Positions 34,076-47,099 of a stretch of 64,000 nt of DNA are shown here, piece by piece; position 1 is the stretch's first letter, and every line of letters starts with the position of its first letter. The DNA lies in contig CM075991.1 of assembly GCA_038087875.1 (NCBI GenBank), positions 3,534,001 through 3,598,000 on the forward strand. The letters are read 5' to 3'. Position numbers and translations under genes: made by a program. The notes below the pieces were generated by a model, which did no database searches, was not told the origin of the DNA, and saw only the letters and a program-made list of their open reading frames with translations. The stretch comes from Malacoraja senta (taxonomy: Eukaryota).

Positions 34076-34840
34076 TGAGAATATATGAATCTTGTCTTCT
34101 GGATGAGATTCATTCTTGCTCGGGGAAAGTTCCACAATGAAAAACCCAGTTCTGCTCATGAAAAAGTATAATTATTTTTACTGCTCAGCTCTAAAACATT
34201 GAAATGCCTGTGAATATCATTGTGATATTTTAACGATTCATTCTCTTGGTACGAGCTTTGCTGACTGAGATCCACTGGAACGGACTCCATGGGAAGAGGT
34301 TGGTTCCATTGGAATTGTGGACAGTGGGAATGGGAAGGGGTTGGATCCATTAGCGATGTGGACTTGGGCACTTATTGGCCATCATGGTTTTGGCAGGGAG
34401 TGGAGATAGTGAGACTTATTCATACATTGTTAGGCCAGTCAGTTAGAACTTTAAGTTTAGTCAGTCAGTGAGAACTTCATAGGTTCTCGGAACAGATTTA
34501 GGCCATTCGGCCCATCAAGCCTACTCTACCATTCAATCAGGGCTGATCCATCCTTCCCTCTCAACCCCATTCTCCTGCCATCTCCCCATTACCCCCGACC
34601 CCCTTACTAATCAAGAATCTGTCAATCTCCGCCTTTAAAATATCCACTGACTTGGCCTCCACAGCCGTCTGTGGCAATGAATTCCACAGATTCACCACCA
34701 GACTAAAGAAATTCCTCCTCATCTCCTTTCTAAAGGTATGTCCTTTTAGTCAGAGGCTATGGCCTCTGGTGCTAGACTCTCCCACTCATGGAACCATCCT
34801 CTCAAGATGCACTCTATCCAGGCCTTTCACTATTTGGTAA

Positions 34841-35285
34841 AGGGCCTGTCCCAGGAGCATGCGACTGCATGCGGCAAGCGCGACCAAACCGGAAGCGGGG
34901 TCTGTGCGGAGGTCGCGGGGCTGCTCCCATTTCGATCGGCGGAGCCGTATGGAGTTGCGTGGAGCTGGTCCCGACATCGCGCGGGGCTCCGAAAAACTGA
35001 CACTGTTCAAAAATTCCGCGCGGCAACAGCCTGCCGCCCCGCAGCCGCATCGAGGCCGTGCGTGCCGCATAGACGGCCGTGCACACCGCCTCGATGCTGT
35101 ACGCACCGTCTTGACGTCACTCGACCTCCGCACGGGCCCCGCTTCCGGTTTGGTGACGCTTGCCGCATGCAGCCGCATGCTCGTGGGACAGGCCCTGTAC
35201 GGGGATCACTCGACCTCCGCGCGGCCCCCGCTTCCGGTTAGGTCGCGCTTGCCGCATGGAGTCGCATGCCCGTGGGACAGGCCCT
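34841..35285. mobile_element. PIF/Harbinger-type MITE with duplicated right end, inserted in a minus-strand CR1 fragment (~34478-35465)
   Basis: TIR agggcctgtccca...tgggacaggccct; TAA TSD; related to 39872-40260. Confidence 0.87.
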
Positions 35286-35934
35286 TAAGTCTCAATGAGG
35301 TGTCCCCTCATCCTTCTAAACTCACGCGAGTAGACAATAGACAATAGACAATAGGCCCAGTGCCTTCAAATGCTCATTCTTCTTAATTCCTGGGATCTCA
35401 TAAACCTCCTCTGGGCCGTCTCCAAAGCCAGCACAACCTTCCTCAGATACGGGGCCCAAAACTTCTTGCTTATTCAGATACGACTGTCGTTAAGGAAAAT
35501 ATTTTTGAAACATTTTCTCTTTATTTCATCTACTGCAGCCCCTCCACACTTGCCTGCACACACCTATCACTTTGTCCTGCCCCAACCTCTCCTCTCCAGC
35601 TTTCTCCTCCCGACCACAATCAGTCTGAAGAAGGGTCCTGACTTGAAAGGTCGCCTATCCATTTCCTCTGCAACGGCTGCCCGACCTGCTAAGTTCCTCC
35701 AGCACATTGTGTTTTGCATAAGAATCCAGCATCTGCAGCTCCTTCCATCTTCTGTCCCACTGACGTATTTCAAAATTTGTGGGTCCTTTAGACTTTAGAG
35801 ATACAGTGTGGAAACAAGCCCTTCGGCCCACCGAGTCTGCACCGACCACCGATCATCCTGTACAGTAGCAGTATCCTATACACTAGGGACAATTTACAAA
35901 TTTCCAAGCCAATTAACCTAAGTGTGGGAGGAAA

Positions 35935-37245
35935 CATTGGACAAAGTCAGCATGGATTTACGAAAGGTAAATCATGTCTGACGAATCTTATAGAATTTTT
36001 CGAGGATGTAACTAGTAGAGTGGATAGGGGAGAACCAGTGGATGTGTTGTATCTGAACTTTCAGAAGGCTTTCGACAAGGTCCCACATAAGAGATTAGTA
36101 TACAAACTTAAAGCACACGGTATTGGGGGTTCAGTATTGATGTGGATAGAGAACTGGCTGGCAAACAGGAAGCAAAGAGTAGGAGTAAACGGGTCCTTTT
36201 CACAATGGCAGGCAGTGACTAGTGGGGTACCGCAAGGCTCAGTGCTGGGACCCCAGCTATTTACAATTTATATTAATGAGCTGGATGAGGGAATTGAAGG
36301 CAACATCTCCAAGTTTGCGGATTACACTAAGCTGGGGGGCAGTGTTAGCTGTGAGGAGGATGCTAGGAGACTGCAAGGTGACTTGGATAGGCTGGGTGAG
36401 TGGGCAAATGTTTGGCAGATGCAGTATAATGTGGATAAATGTGAGGTTATCCACTTTGATGGCAAAAACAGGAAAGCAGACTATTATCTAAATGGTGGCC
36501 GATTAGGAAAAGGGGAGATGCAGCGAGACCTGGGTGTCATGGTACACCAGTCATTGAAAGTAGGCATGCAGGTGCAGCAGGCAGTGAAGAAAGTGAATGG
36601 TATGTTAGCTTTCATAGCAAAAGGATTTGAGTATAGGAGCAGGGAGGTTCTACTGCAGTTGTACAGGGTCTTGGTGAGACCACACCTGGAGTATTGCGTA
36701 CAGTTTTGGTCTCCAAATCTGAGGAAGGACATTATTGCCATAGAGGGAGTGCAGAGAAGGTTCACCAGACTGATTCCTGGGATGTCAGGACTTTCATATG
36801 AAGAAAGACTGGATAGACTCGGCTTATACTCGCTAGAATTTAGGAGATTGAGAGGGGATCTTATAGAAACTTACAAAATTCTTATGGGGTTGGACAGGCT
36901 AGATGCAGGAAGATTGTTCCCGATGTTGGGGAAGTCCAGGACAAGGGGTCACAGCTTAAGGATAAGGGGGAAATCCTTTAAGACCGAGATGAGAAAAACA
37001 TTTTTCACACAGAGAGTGGTGAATCTCTGGAACTCTCTGCCACAGAGGGTAGTTGAGGCCAGTTCATTGGCTATATTTAAGTTAGATGTGGCCCTTGTGG
37101 CTAAAGTGATCAGGGGGTATGGAGAGAAGGCAGGTACGGGATACTGAGTTGGATGATCAGCCATGATCATATTGAATGGTGGTGCAGGCTCGAAGGGCCG
37201 AATGGCCTACTCCTGCACCTATTTTCTATGTATCTATGTATCTAT
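35935..37245 (+). mobile_element. CR1 LINE, 5'-truncated, with ~400-aa open RT frame; inserted in a minus-strand SINE
   Basis: Highly similar to 11628-12940; catalytic-region substitutions (YLNFQKAFD, FADY); (tatctatg)n tail. Confidence 0.95.
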
Positions 37246-38121
37246 GAAACCAGAGCACCCAGAGAAAATCCATGCAGTTACCAGAAGAACGTACAAACTC
37301 CGTACAGACATCACCCGTGGTCAGGATCGAACCCGGGTCTCTGGCCCTGTTAGGCAGCAACAATACCACTTCGCCACTGAGCCACCCTAATTGTCCTATT
37401 TTGACCTCATCGGCCACATGAGTGGAAGTCCAACATCCTTGATCCTTGATCAAGGGATTGATTTGGGAGAACATGGATAGAGAAGGTTTCGAGGGATATG
37501 GGCCAAACACAGGCAAATGGGATGAGCTTAGATGGGGCCTGTTGGTCGGCATGGACAAATGGAGCCAAAGTGTGTGTTGCTGTACTGTGTGACTCGATGA
37601 CTCTCTGATTCTATACCCCTCCCATGGTATCATCGGCAGACAGAAAGAGTCATTTTAAAACACTAAAACCAGATTCTGAGAAATGTGAAACTGATTTCTT
37701 TTGGAAGTGAAAGCTTTCAGATTCAAAGTCAAAGTCAAAGTCAATTTTATTCGTCACATCCACCCGAAGGTGCAGTGAAATGAATTTGCCAGCAGCGATA
37801 CACTTAAATGAACACACAATACACAATAAGATTTAACACAAACATTCTTCACTGTGGTGGAAGGAAACAAGGTTCAGCCAGACCTCCTCCTTTGATCACC
37901 CGAGGTCGGAACTATAGACCCTCCGTAATCGCTGCTATGTACAGGCCCTCTCGTCGGGATGATCAAAACTCGGGACGGCCAAACACACTCCGCAGCTTGG
38001 AGGACCCGAATCGACACTTTCCTACCGGAGACCGCGGCTTCAGAATGTTATGGGCCGCGGGCCGGCCTATAAAAGTGATATTGCACGATTGCTGTGAAAT
38101 AGTGAGACAGACACTTAATTG

Positions 38122-38258
38122 CTTGAAGTCTGAAGAAGGGTCTCGACCCGAAACGTCACCAATTTCCTCCTATCCAGACATGCTGCCTGTCCCGCTGAGT
38201 TACTCCAGCATTTTGTGTCTATCTTCGGTGTAGATCAGCACCTGCAGTTCCTTCCTAC
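38122..38258 (+). mobile_element. Penelope-derived mini-insertion with intact hammerhead-like motif (38130-38157)
   Basis: Flanked by acacttaattg / acacgtaattg (11-bp TSD, one mismatch). Confidence 0.75.
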
Positions 38259-38909
38259 ACACGTAATTGTCTCATTTGTCTGAAGTGCTCTCGTACGTTA
38301 TTTAACGCTAAACTTTGTGGATTCTGCTCACGGCAAACAGAATTCATCCTCATAGTTATTGGTGGGTTTTTTAATTAAGTAACCAACAGATGGGGAGAGG
38401 TGTCTCTCACCTTTTGTTACACAGTATGATTAGATGATGTTATTAAAGATTGCAGATTTTCTTCCCCCTCTCTTTATTCATTTCGTGGCTGGATCTTTGT
38501 TGCCTTTTATTATGAAGAAAGTAATTAAGATTTCTCTTCTTTTTTTTTGGAAGGAACCAACCAGCCAATAAATCTGGCGCTTGCAGCTGTTCCACATCTG
38601 TCAACAACCATTGAGGGTGCCTGCTCCTCCAAACCCCACCTCACAGTTGCTGCCTCACTGCACCAGGGGCCCGGGGTTCGATCCTGGCCTCGGGTGCTAT
38701 CTGCGTGGAGTTTGCACGTTCTCCCCGTGACCGCGTGGATTTCCTCCGGGTGTTCCGGTTTCCGCCCACACTCCAAAGACGTGCAGGTTTGCAGGTTAAA
38801 TGGATTCTGCAAATTGTAAATTGTCCCTAGTGTGTAGGATAGTGCTAGTCGGTGGGCCGAATGGCCTGTTTCTATGCTCTATTTATAAAGAAAAGTCTAT
38901 TGGAGGTGT

Positions 38910-39237
38910 AGTTTTGTTTTATTTAGTTTAGAGATACAGAGCGGAAACAGGCCCTTCGACCCTCCGAGTCTGTGCTGACCAGCGATCCCCGCACACTGAC
39001 ACTATCCTACACACACATTAGTGACAAGTTTACATTTACACCAAGCCAATTAACCTACAAACCTGGACGTCTTTGGAGTGTGGGAGGAAACCGAAGATCT
39101 CAGAGAAAACCCACGCGGTCACGGGGAGAACGTACAAACTCCATACAGACAGCACCCGTAGTCGGGATCGAACCCGGGTCTCCGGCGCTGCAATCTCTGT
39201 AAGGCAGCAACTCTACCGCTGCGCCACCGTGCCGTCC
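38910..39237 (-). mobile_element. V-SINE (HE1-like), full length, subfamily with extra bases in the tRNA-like head
   Basis: A/B boxes, central domain, (ctaaa)n-like tail. Confidence 0.88.
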
Positions 39238-39871
39238 TAAACTGTATTTTGTCTGCATTTAATTTCACTCCAGAGGAGTGATATGGAGGGTTTCCGAAAA
39301 ACTGGCTGATGAAAAATAGAGCTGAGAAGGATTGCGCCGGAGGCCCGGGTTCGTTGCTGACCTCGGGTGCTGTCTGTGTGGAGTTTGCATGGTCTCCCTG
39401 TGAACACATGGGTTTCCTCCGGGTGCTCCGTCTTGCTCCCACATCCCAAAGACGTGCGGGTTTGCAGGCTAATTGGCCCCTCTGTAAATTGCCCCTGGTG
39501 CGTAGGGAGTGGTTGAGAAAGTGGGATAACAACGAACCAGCGTGAACGGGTGATCGATGGTCGACGCGGACACGGTGGGCCGAAGGGCCTGTTTCCACGC
39601 TGTATCTCTGAACTAAACGAAAGCTAAACAAAATGTCCATTCACCTTGCTGGGTCCAGTCATAACCCGCCAACAGTAAAGCTGTTTCATTTAACTGCGAT
39701 CTTCCTGGGTTCAGTATAAAAACAAGCTCCGTTTTATCATCCAAACCAATAAACAAACAGCTGAAGGCAGTCTGTGTGAATGGGAGATTGATGGTCGCTG
39801 AAGTCAATCGGACAACGGGCTTGGTTCCATGCTACTGCTCTAAACTCAACTAAGCACTCATCAATGACTAA

Positions 39872-40260
39872 AGGGCCTGTCCCACGAGCATGCGACTGCA
39901 TGCGGCGAGCGCGACCAAACCGGAAGCGGGTGAGTGACGTGAAGTTCGAGCGAAGTCCGCGGGAAGTTCGCGCGTGACGTACGGCGTCAAGACGCTGCGT
40001 ACGGCGTCGAGACGCTGCGCACGCCCGTCGAGGAGGTGCGTACGGCGTCGAGGCGGCTGTGGGCCGACAGGCCGTTGCCGCGCGGAATTCTTGAACACGG
40101 TCAGTTTTTCGCAGCCCCGCGCGATGTCGGGACCAGCTCCGCACAACTCCATACGGCTCCGGCGATCGAAGTGGGAACGGCCCCGCGAGGCCGTACGGCT
40201 CAAGCGACCACGTTAGGTCGAGCTTGCCGCATGCATTCGCATGCTCGTGGGACAGGCCCT
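39872..40260. mobile_element. PIF/Harbinger-type MITE
   Basis: TIRs agggcctgtcccacgagcatgcga / tcgcatgctcgtgggacaggccct; flanks taa/tta. Confidence 0.85.
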
Positions 40261-41214
40261 TTACAAACTTCTACAGATCAAGTGTCAAGAGTGTTTTATT
40301 ATCATATGTCCCGGATAGAACAATGACATTCTTACTTGCAGCAGCACAACAGAATATGTAAACATAGTACACTATAAACTATATAATACACAAGATAGAA
40401 AGGCTCTACCAATTGTGCCACTGTGCTGCCCCTATAATCAGACACCATTGTCTCTTAAGAACACAGGCTGCCTGTGTCACCTCACATCTCCAGCAACCTG
40501 GTTCATTCCTGACTTCCGGTGCTGTCAGTGCGGAGTTTGCACGTTCTCCCTGCGATAACACATTGGTTCAATCCCGGTGCTCTGGTTTCCTCCCACATCC
40601 CAAAGACGTGCGGGTGAGGTCACAGAAGACTGGAGAAGAGCTAAAGTTTAATTTTAGTTTAGTTTACTGTAGTTTAGTTGAGAGATACAGGCCCTTCTGC
40701 CCACCGAGTCCACACCGACCAGCGATCCCCGCACACTAACACTATCTTACACACACTCGGAAACATTGTACATCTAATTGCAATCCAAGTGGGAAAGGCC
40801 CTTTACTGAGTTCCATTTTGTAATCAAGACCTTGTTTTATTGTAAATCAAGTCTCTGAGAAACCTCTGAGAATATAAAAAGATGTCCCAAAGTCACACTT
40901 GACAGGTCAGCATTGACAGGCCTCCTGGTGTGCACCAGTTTAATAAATCCGCATGGCCTTTCCATTTTGTTCCTACACTCACCAACTCGGCATCATGTTG
41001 GGGGCGCAGCGGTAGAATTAGTTGCTTTACAGCGCTTGCAGCACCAGAAACCCGGGGTCGATCCCGACTACTGGTGCTGTCTGTACGGAGTTTGTACGTT
41101 CTCCCTGTGACCGCATGGGTTTTCTCCGAGATCTTCGGTTTCCTCCCACACTCCAAATACGTACAGGTTTGCAGGTTAATTGGCTTGGTGTATGTGCCTC
41201 ACCAACAGTCTGTC

Positions 41215-41800
41215 TGTCCCTTCCTTCTCTGTTGATTCTTTAGTGTGTGTTAAATGTATGTTTTTAGTGTTCTTTAGCTTGTTTTACGTAGGGGGTGGGG
41301 GGGGAGGTGGGGAGTTGGAGGAATTTAAAAATAAATCTCTTACCTCAACGGAGATGTGATTTTTTTTCCGTATCGTATCTCCGTCCACAGTGCGGCCTAA
41401 CATCGAGGAGTTGGCAGCCTTTGCTGAACAACGACTTCGGGAGCTCCAACCGCGGGAGCCTGCGGACTTGAACATTGTGGAGCTAGTGGTCTCTGGTTAG
41501 AGACTGAATTCAGGAGCTCTAGGCCGCAGGAGCTTCAACCACCCCAACGCGGGAGCTCCAATCGCCAGCTGCGGGAGCTTCGATCTGATGGTTCGACTGC
41601 CCCGAAAAATGAGGGAAGAAGATTAGACTTTATTGCCTCCATCACAGTGAGGAATGTGGGAATCCGCTGTGGGGGATGTTATATGTTAACTTTTATGTAG
41701 TTGTGTGCTTGTTGTCTTTTTAATATGGCTGTATGGTTATACAAATATCACTACCTTAAATGGTACACCGTGACATTAAAAGACCTTTGAAACCTTTGAA
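41215..41800 (+). mobile_element. Short non-autonomous Rex1-derived element inserted in a V-SINE
   Basis: Shares the ccatcacagtgaggaatgtg...atgttaa...atggctgtatgg...gtgacattaaa core with 21690-23222 and 42340-42530; (acctttgaa)n tail. Confidence 0.55.
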
Positions 41801-42069
41801 ATTGTCCCTAGTGCATGTAGGATAGTGTTAATGTGCGTGGATCGCTGGTCGGCGCAGACTCGGTGGGCCAAAGGGCCTGTTTCCGCGCAGTATCTCTGAT
41901 CTAAACTTTAAAAAACTGTTCGGCACAGGCAATGTGGGCCGAAGGGCCCTGTTCTATGTTCTATGAGGGGTCGAAACTAACAACAGGGATGTCTCACAAC
42001 ATGGTGGGTGAAGGGAGAGGCACAGTCTCCTTGCTGGCAATGCCACAATGCTGCCTGACTTGACACATA

Positions 42070-42530
42070 TCATTATAACTCCAGATCCACAATGGAGTGG
42101 ATCCAAGGTCTCGCAGACTCGGGAGAGGCTAGTCGGGAGCTCCAACGCTGCAGAAGTTTCGACCAGCCTGACGCGAGGTTCGATCGCCCGGCTCAGGGGA
42201 GCTGACAACCCCCCGATGCGGGAGCTGAACGCCTCGACGCGGAGGGCCCGAACGCCGCCGGGCTACGGGACTCAAGACCGTCCCATCAACGGGGGCTCGT
42301 GGCCCCCGACCAAGGAAGAACAAAAAGGGAAGGACTTGGAACTTTATTTTCGCCTTCCATCACAGTGAGGAATGTGTAGGAGTCACTGTGATGGATGTTT
42401 ATGTTAAAATGTGTTTTTTTGAGTCTGTTGCTTTTTAGAATTGTATGACTGACCTGGCCAGTGACATTTCACTACACCAATTGGTGTATGTGGCAATAAA
42501 TGAACCTTATGAACCTGATGAACCTTATGA
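42070..42530 (+). mobile_element. Short non-autonomous Rex1-derived element
   Basis: Same core and Rex1-type tail (atttcactacaccaattggtgtatgtggcaataaa, then gaaccttat repeats). Confidence 0.55.
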
Positions 42531-42879
42531 GTGAAGTATGAAAGCAGAACTTTCACATTTTAGAAAGTTGACACATTTTGATCTCAGAAGACGTCAAAGC
42601 TTACAGCTTTGCTGTTATGTTCGCCGATATTAAGCAACATTTTGCTTTGTTCATTCATTTGGATCACGTTGTTCTGAACATCAAAGGCCAAGTCATTAAT
42701 ATTACAGCATATTGCAGCATCAATATTAATGCGGCACTAATAAAGCTTACACGACTTAGTAATCACCAAGCAATAATATCGTCGGGATATTCTGCTCAAA
42801 GGATTATGGAAAAAAAAGACATTATGTTTTTTTATTTAACACTCGGCAGTTTCCAGTTCAAGGGCAACAGAATATAATT

Positions 42880-43003
42880 CTTATTCTCCCTCCCCCTGAC
42901 GTCAGGTCCGAGGAAGGGTCTCAACCCGAAACGTTTCCCATTCCTTATCTCCAGCGATGCTGTCTGTCCCGCTGAGTTACTCCAGCATTTAGAGTCAATC
43001 TTA
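42880..43003 (+). mobile_element. Penelope-derived mini-insertion (decayed hammerhead-like motif)
   Basis: Perfect 11-bp TSD agaatataatt (42869-42879 and 43004-43014). Confidence 0.8.
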
Positions 43004-44083
43004 AGAATATAATTAGTTACTTTACTAAAAATTAGACGCTTGTAATAACTAATACCTAGTTATTAGGTATAACTAATATACCAGCTCATATTAGTTGGTA
43101 GTGCAACCAATATGAAGAGCAAATATTGGTTGAGATATGTGGCCTGTTGATAGTTGTAACCACTCATACAACATGGAGCAGTGCAGCACGGGACCGGGAA
43201 CCTCAGCCCACAATGTCAGTGCTGAACACAACGCCAAGACCAACTCTTATCTGCCGGCACATAATCCACATCTCTCAATTCCTTGTTTTTGCTCAGGATT
43301 CCAGCATCTGCAGTACCTTTGGACTTTAGAAATGTTGTGCGGAAACAGGGCCTTTACGCCATCGAATCCACGCTGACTAGCGACCTCCGGTACACTAGCA
43401 TTAACCTACACACCAACCTTGTTGGGCTTTGGACTCTGTCTCTGCAACTGGTGCTGTACAATGCTGAGACTATATTCTGCACCCTGTATCTTCCCCTTTT
43501 ACTTCTCCCTAGTGCACTTGAGTTGACTTGATTGTATTTATGTAGACCATGATTTGATCTCATTGAACAAAGCTTTTCCCAGTACCTCGGTACGTCACAG
43601 ACTATAAGACCACAAGATGTAGGAGCAGAATTGGGCCATTCGTCCCATCGAGTCTAGAATCTCTGGAACTCTCTGCCACAGAGGGTAGTTTGAGGCCAGT
43701 TCATTGGCTATATTTAAGAGGGAGTTAGATGTGGCCCCTTGTGGCTAAGGGATCAGGGGGTATGGAGAGAAGGCAGGTAACGGGATACTGAGTTGGATGA
43801 TCAGCCATGATCATATTGAATGGCGGTGCAGGCTCGAAGGGCCGAAGGCCTACTCCTGCACCTATTTTCTATGTTCTATGTATCTAGTCCCCATTCAATC
43901 ATGGCTGATCTATCGTTCTCTCTCAACCCCATTCTCCTGCCTTCTTCCAATAACCTTTGACACCCGTACTAATCAAGAATTATCAATCTCCACTTTAAAA
44001 CTGCCCATAAAGACTTGGCCTCCACAGCCGTCCGTGGAAATGAAATCCACAGATTCCACCGCCCTCTGGCTAAAGAAGTTCCC

Positions 44084-44283
44084 NNNNNNNNNNNNNNNNN
44101 NNNNNNNNNNNNNNNNNNNNNNNNNNNNNNNNNNNNNNNNNNNNNNNNNNNNNNNNNNNNNNNNNNNNNNNNNNNNNNNNNNNNNNNNNNNNNNNNNNNN
44201 NNNNNNNNNNNNNNNNNNNNNNNNNNNNNNNNNNNNNNNNNNNNNNNNNNNNNNNNNNNNNNNNNNNNNNNNNNNNNNNNNNN
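44084..44283. other. Assembly gap (200 N)
   Basis: Run of N. Confidence 1.
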
Positions 44284-44635
44284 ATGTTGGTTGGTGTGGG
44301 CAAGTTGGGCCGAAGAGCCTGTTTACACACTGTATCACTCTATGACTAAAGCAATAATGTGAAGTGATTGAAGGTCGACGTGGACTTGGTGGGCCCAAGC
44401 GCCTGGTTCCACACTACATCTTTCAATCATTCAGTCAATTTACCTTCAGGACTTCAAATGTTCATAACCAATTTTGAAACTACATTTTTCAATTATTCAC
44501 GTCTATTTGAATAAATTCTATTTGATTTTTGATGGCATTTCAACGTGTCCGTCACTGAGTGTCCCAGGGCCATTGGGTGTGTTTGGAGAGGGGGGTCTTG
44601 GAGTGTGTCAGGGGAGACCTGGTTTTGCTCAGGGG

Positions 44636-45132
44636 TAGGGTTGCCAACTTTCTCACTCACCAATAAGGGACAAAAGGTCAAAATAAGGGACAAATTCCCC
44701 ACGGTAATTCGTTGAATGACTCGGCAGTGGCTGGTTGAATGATGAGTTGGCCCCGGGTACTGGACTGTACACAAAGCCCAGCCGGCGGGCCAGCTGAGGA
44801 GTTTTGGCCCGGCACCCCATCCAACTCATGAACCGATGATCGGCCATGAGAAGGAGGGGTGGTTGTGTCGGCGGTAAACGAAGGTCCGAAGGTCGGACAG
44901 CTGGCCGGGCTGCCGACTGACGGGGCCACGGGCGAGGTGCTGCTGCTGCACTCCATGGGCTGCACCACGTCGGGCCGGGTGAGGCGGGGCTGGATGCGGC
45001 GCTCCGACCCGACAGTTCCCTCGACCCGAGTAGTAGCAGTCAAATACAGGACAAGGGCGTTCCCGTATGGGACAAACCCATTTATCCCCATATACGGGAT
45101 GTCCCGGCTAATACGGGACAGTTGGCAACCCT
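44636..45132. mobile_element. hAT-like MITE
   Basis: TIRs tagggttgccaact / agttggcaaccct; subterminal (a/c)gggaca repeats; TSD not clear. Confidence 0.72.
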
Positions 45133-45951
45133 CGCGATGGAAGGGTCCAACGCTGAACATTAGGGAGGGGCAATGCTCCCTCACCCAGGGAGTGTGACCT
45201 CCAAGTCAACAGGAATTGGTGGTCAGTGGGGCCATGGTCAAAGTGGTGTTGGGAAGAAAGGGGATGTGGGTGGAAGGGGCAAGTGGGATTCTACCTGAGG
45301 GATGAAACACCCAACAAACGCTTCTAGTGTAGTTTAGAGATACAGGGCGGAAACAGGCCCTTCGGCCCACCAAGTCCGCGCCAACCAACCATCGCCCCCA
45401 TGTTACACTAGTTCTATCCTACACTCTAGGGACTATATACAGAAGCCTATTAACCTACAAACCTGCACATCTTCGGGATGTGGGAGGAAACCAGAGCACC
45501 CGGAGAAAACCCACGCAGGTCACGGGGAGAATGTGCAAGGTCCTTACAGGCAGCACCCGTGGTCAGGATCGAACCCGTGTCCCTGGCGCTGTGAGGTAGC
45601 AACTCTACCGCTGGGCCGCCGTGCCACCCCAGCACTGCAGTGAAGTCCTCCAACTTGCCAGGTAGTGGAAGATATAGAGTCGGAGAGGAAAATATTGTCT
45701 GTGTGGAGATAGACACAAGATGCTGGAGTAACTCAGCGGGACAGGCAGCGTCTCTGGAGAGAAGGAATGGGCAACGTTTTGGGTCGAGACCCTTCGTTAG
45801 ACTGGGAGGCTTGATTGATTCTCAATGTGCACTGGCGAAGGTGGTCAAGGGGGAATTGTATCACGGTGGCAACAGGAACCAAGCCCCCTTATCTTGATAT
45901 TGTGCTGCAGTACCTACTGTACACTGCTCCGTGCTGAGGGAGAAATCCTTA

Positions 45952-46467
<516 letters not shown>

Positions 46468-46666
46468 GCTTTTCACTGTTCCTCGATACACGTGACAATA
46501 AACTAAACTAAACTAAACTGAAGTAGGGCGGCACGGTGGCGCAGCGGTAGAGTTACTGCCTCACAGCGCCAGAGACCCGGGTTCGATCCTGATATCGGAA
46601 TGCTGTCTGTACGGAGTTTGTATATAAATCAAAGGACCTGTTTCTCCAAACTAAACTAATTCAAAG

Positions 46667-47099
46667 CAGGCACAGAAATCGCTATCAAAACAAGGGGGGG
46701 GGGACACAATTTCTTGGCAGCCGCACACACACACATGCGCACGCACACATGCACGCGCGCGCATATGCACACATGCGAGGCGTCGGCCGTGGGCCCTGTG
46801 GACGGTAACATCGGGAGCTGACCTGGTTGGTGACCGACTCCGAACTCCAGCAACAGCAGCTTCGTCCGCCCCGAATTGTGGGGCCTGAATCGGCCGGTGG
46901 GGGCTTCAACATCGGGTGCCTTGATCGCCTCGATGCAGCAATTTGATTTTAAGCCACGCCGGGCGCTGAAAGGCCCCGCAAACTGGCCGATTTGGCCCTT
47001 AGAAAGCGTCTGATAAAGTCCGGATTACAAAACATTGTCCCCCACCTCTCAAAGCATGGAGGACGTGCCCCCCCCTGCCCCCCCAGGATTTCCGCCCCG
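46667..47099. mobile_element. hAT-type MITE (copy 2)
   Basis: Homologous to 14789-15211; 8-bp TSD attcaaag/atacaaag. Confidence 0.78.

Noticed and set aside
34759..35347. Long GC-rich ORFs on both strands (also 22803-23288, 39737-40326, 44678-45197)
   Set aside because: They lie inside MITEs, lack recognisable domains and reflect stop-poor GC-rich sequence.
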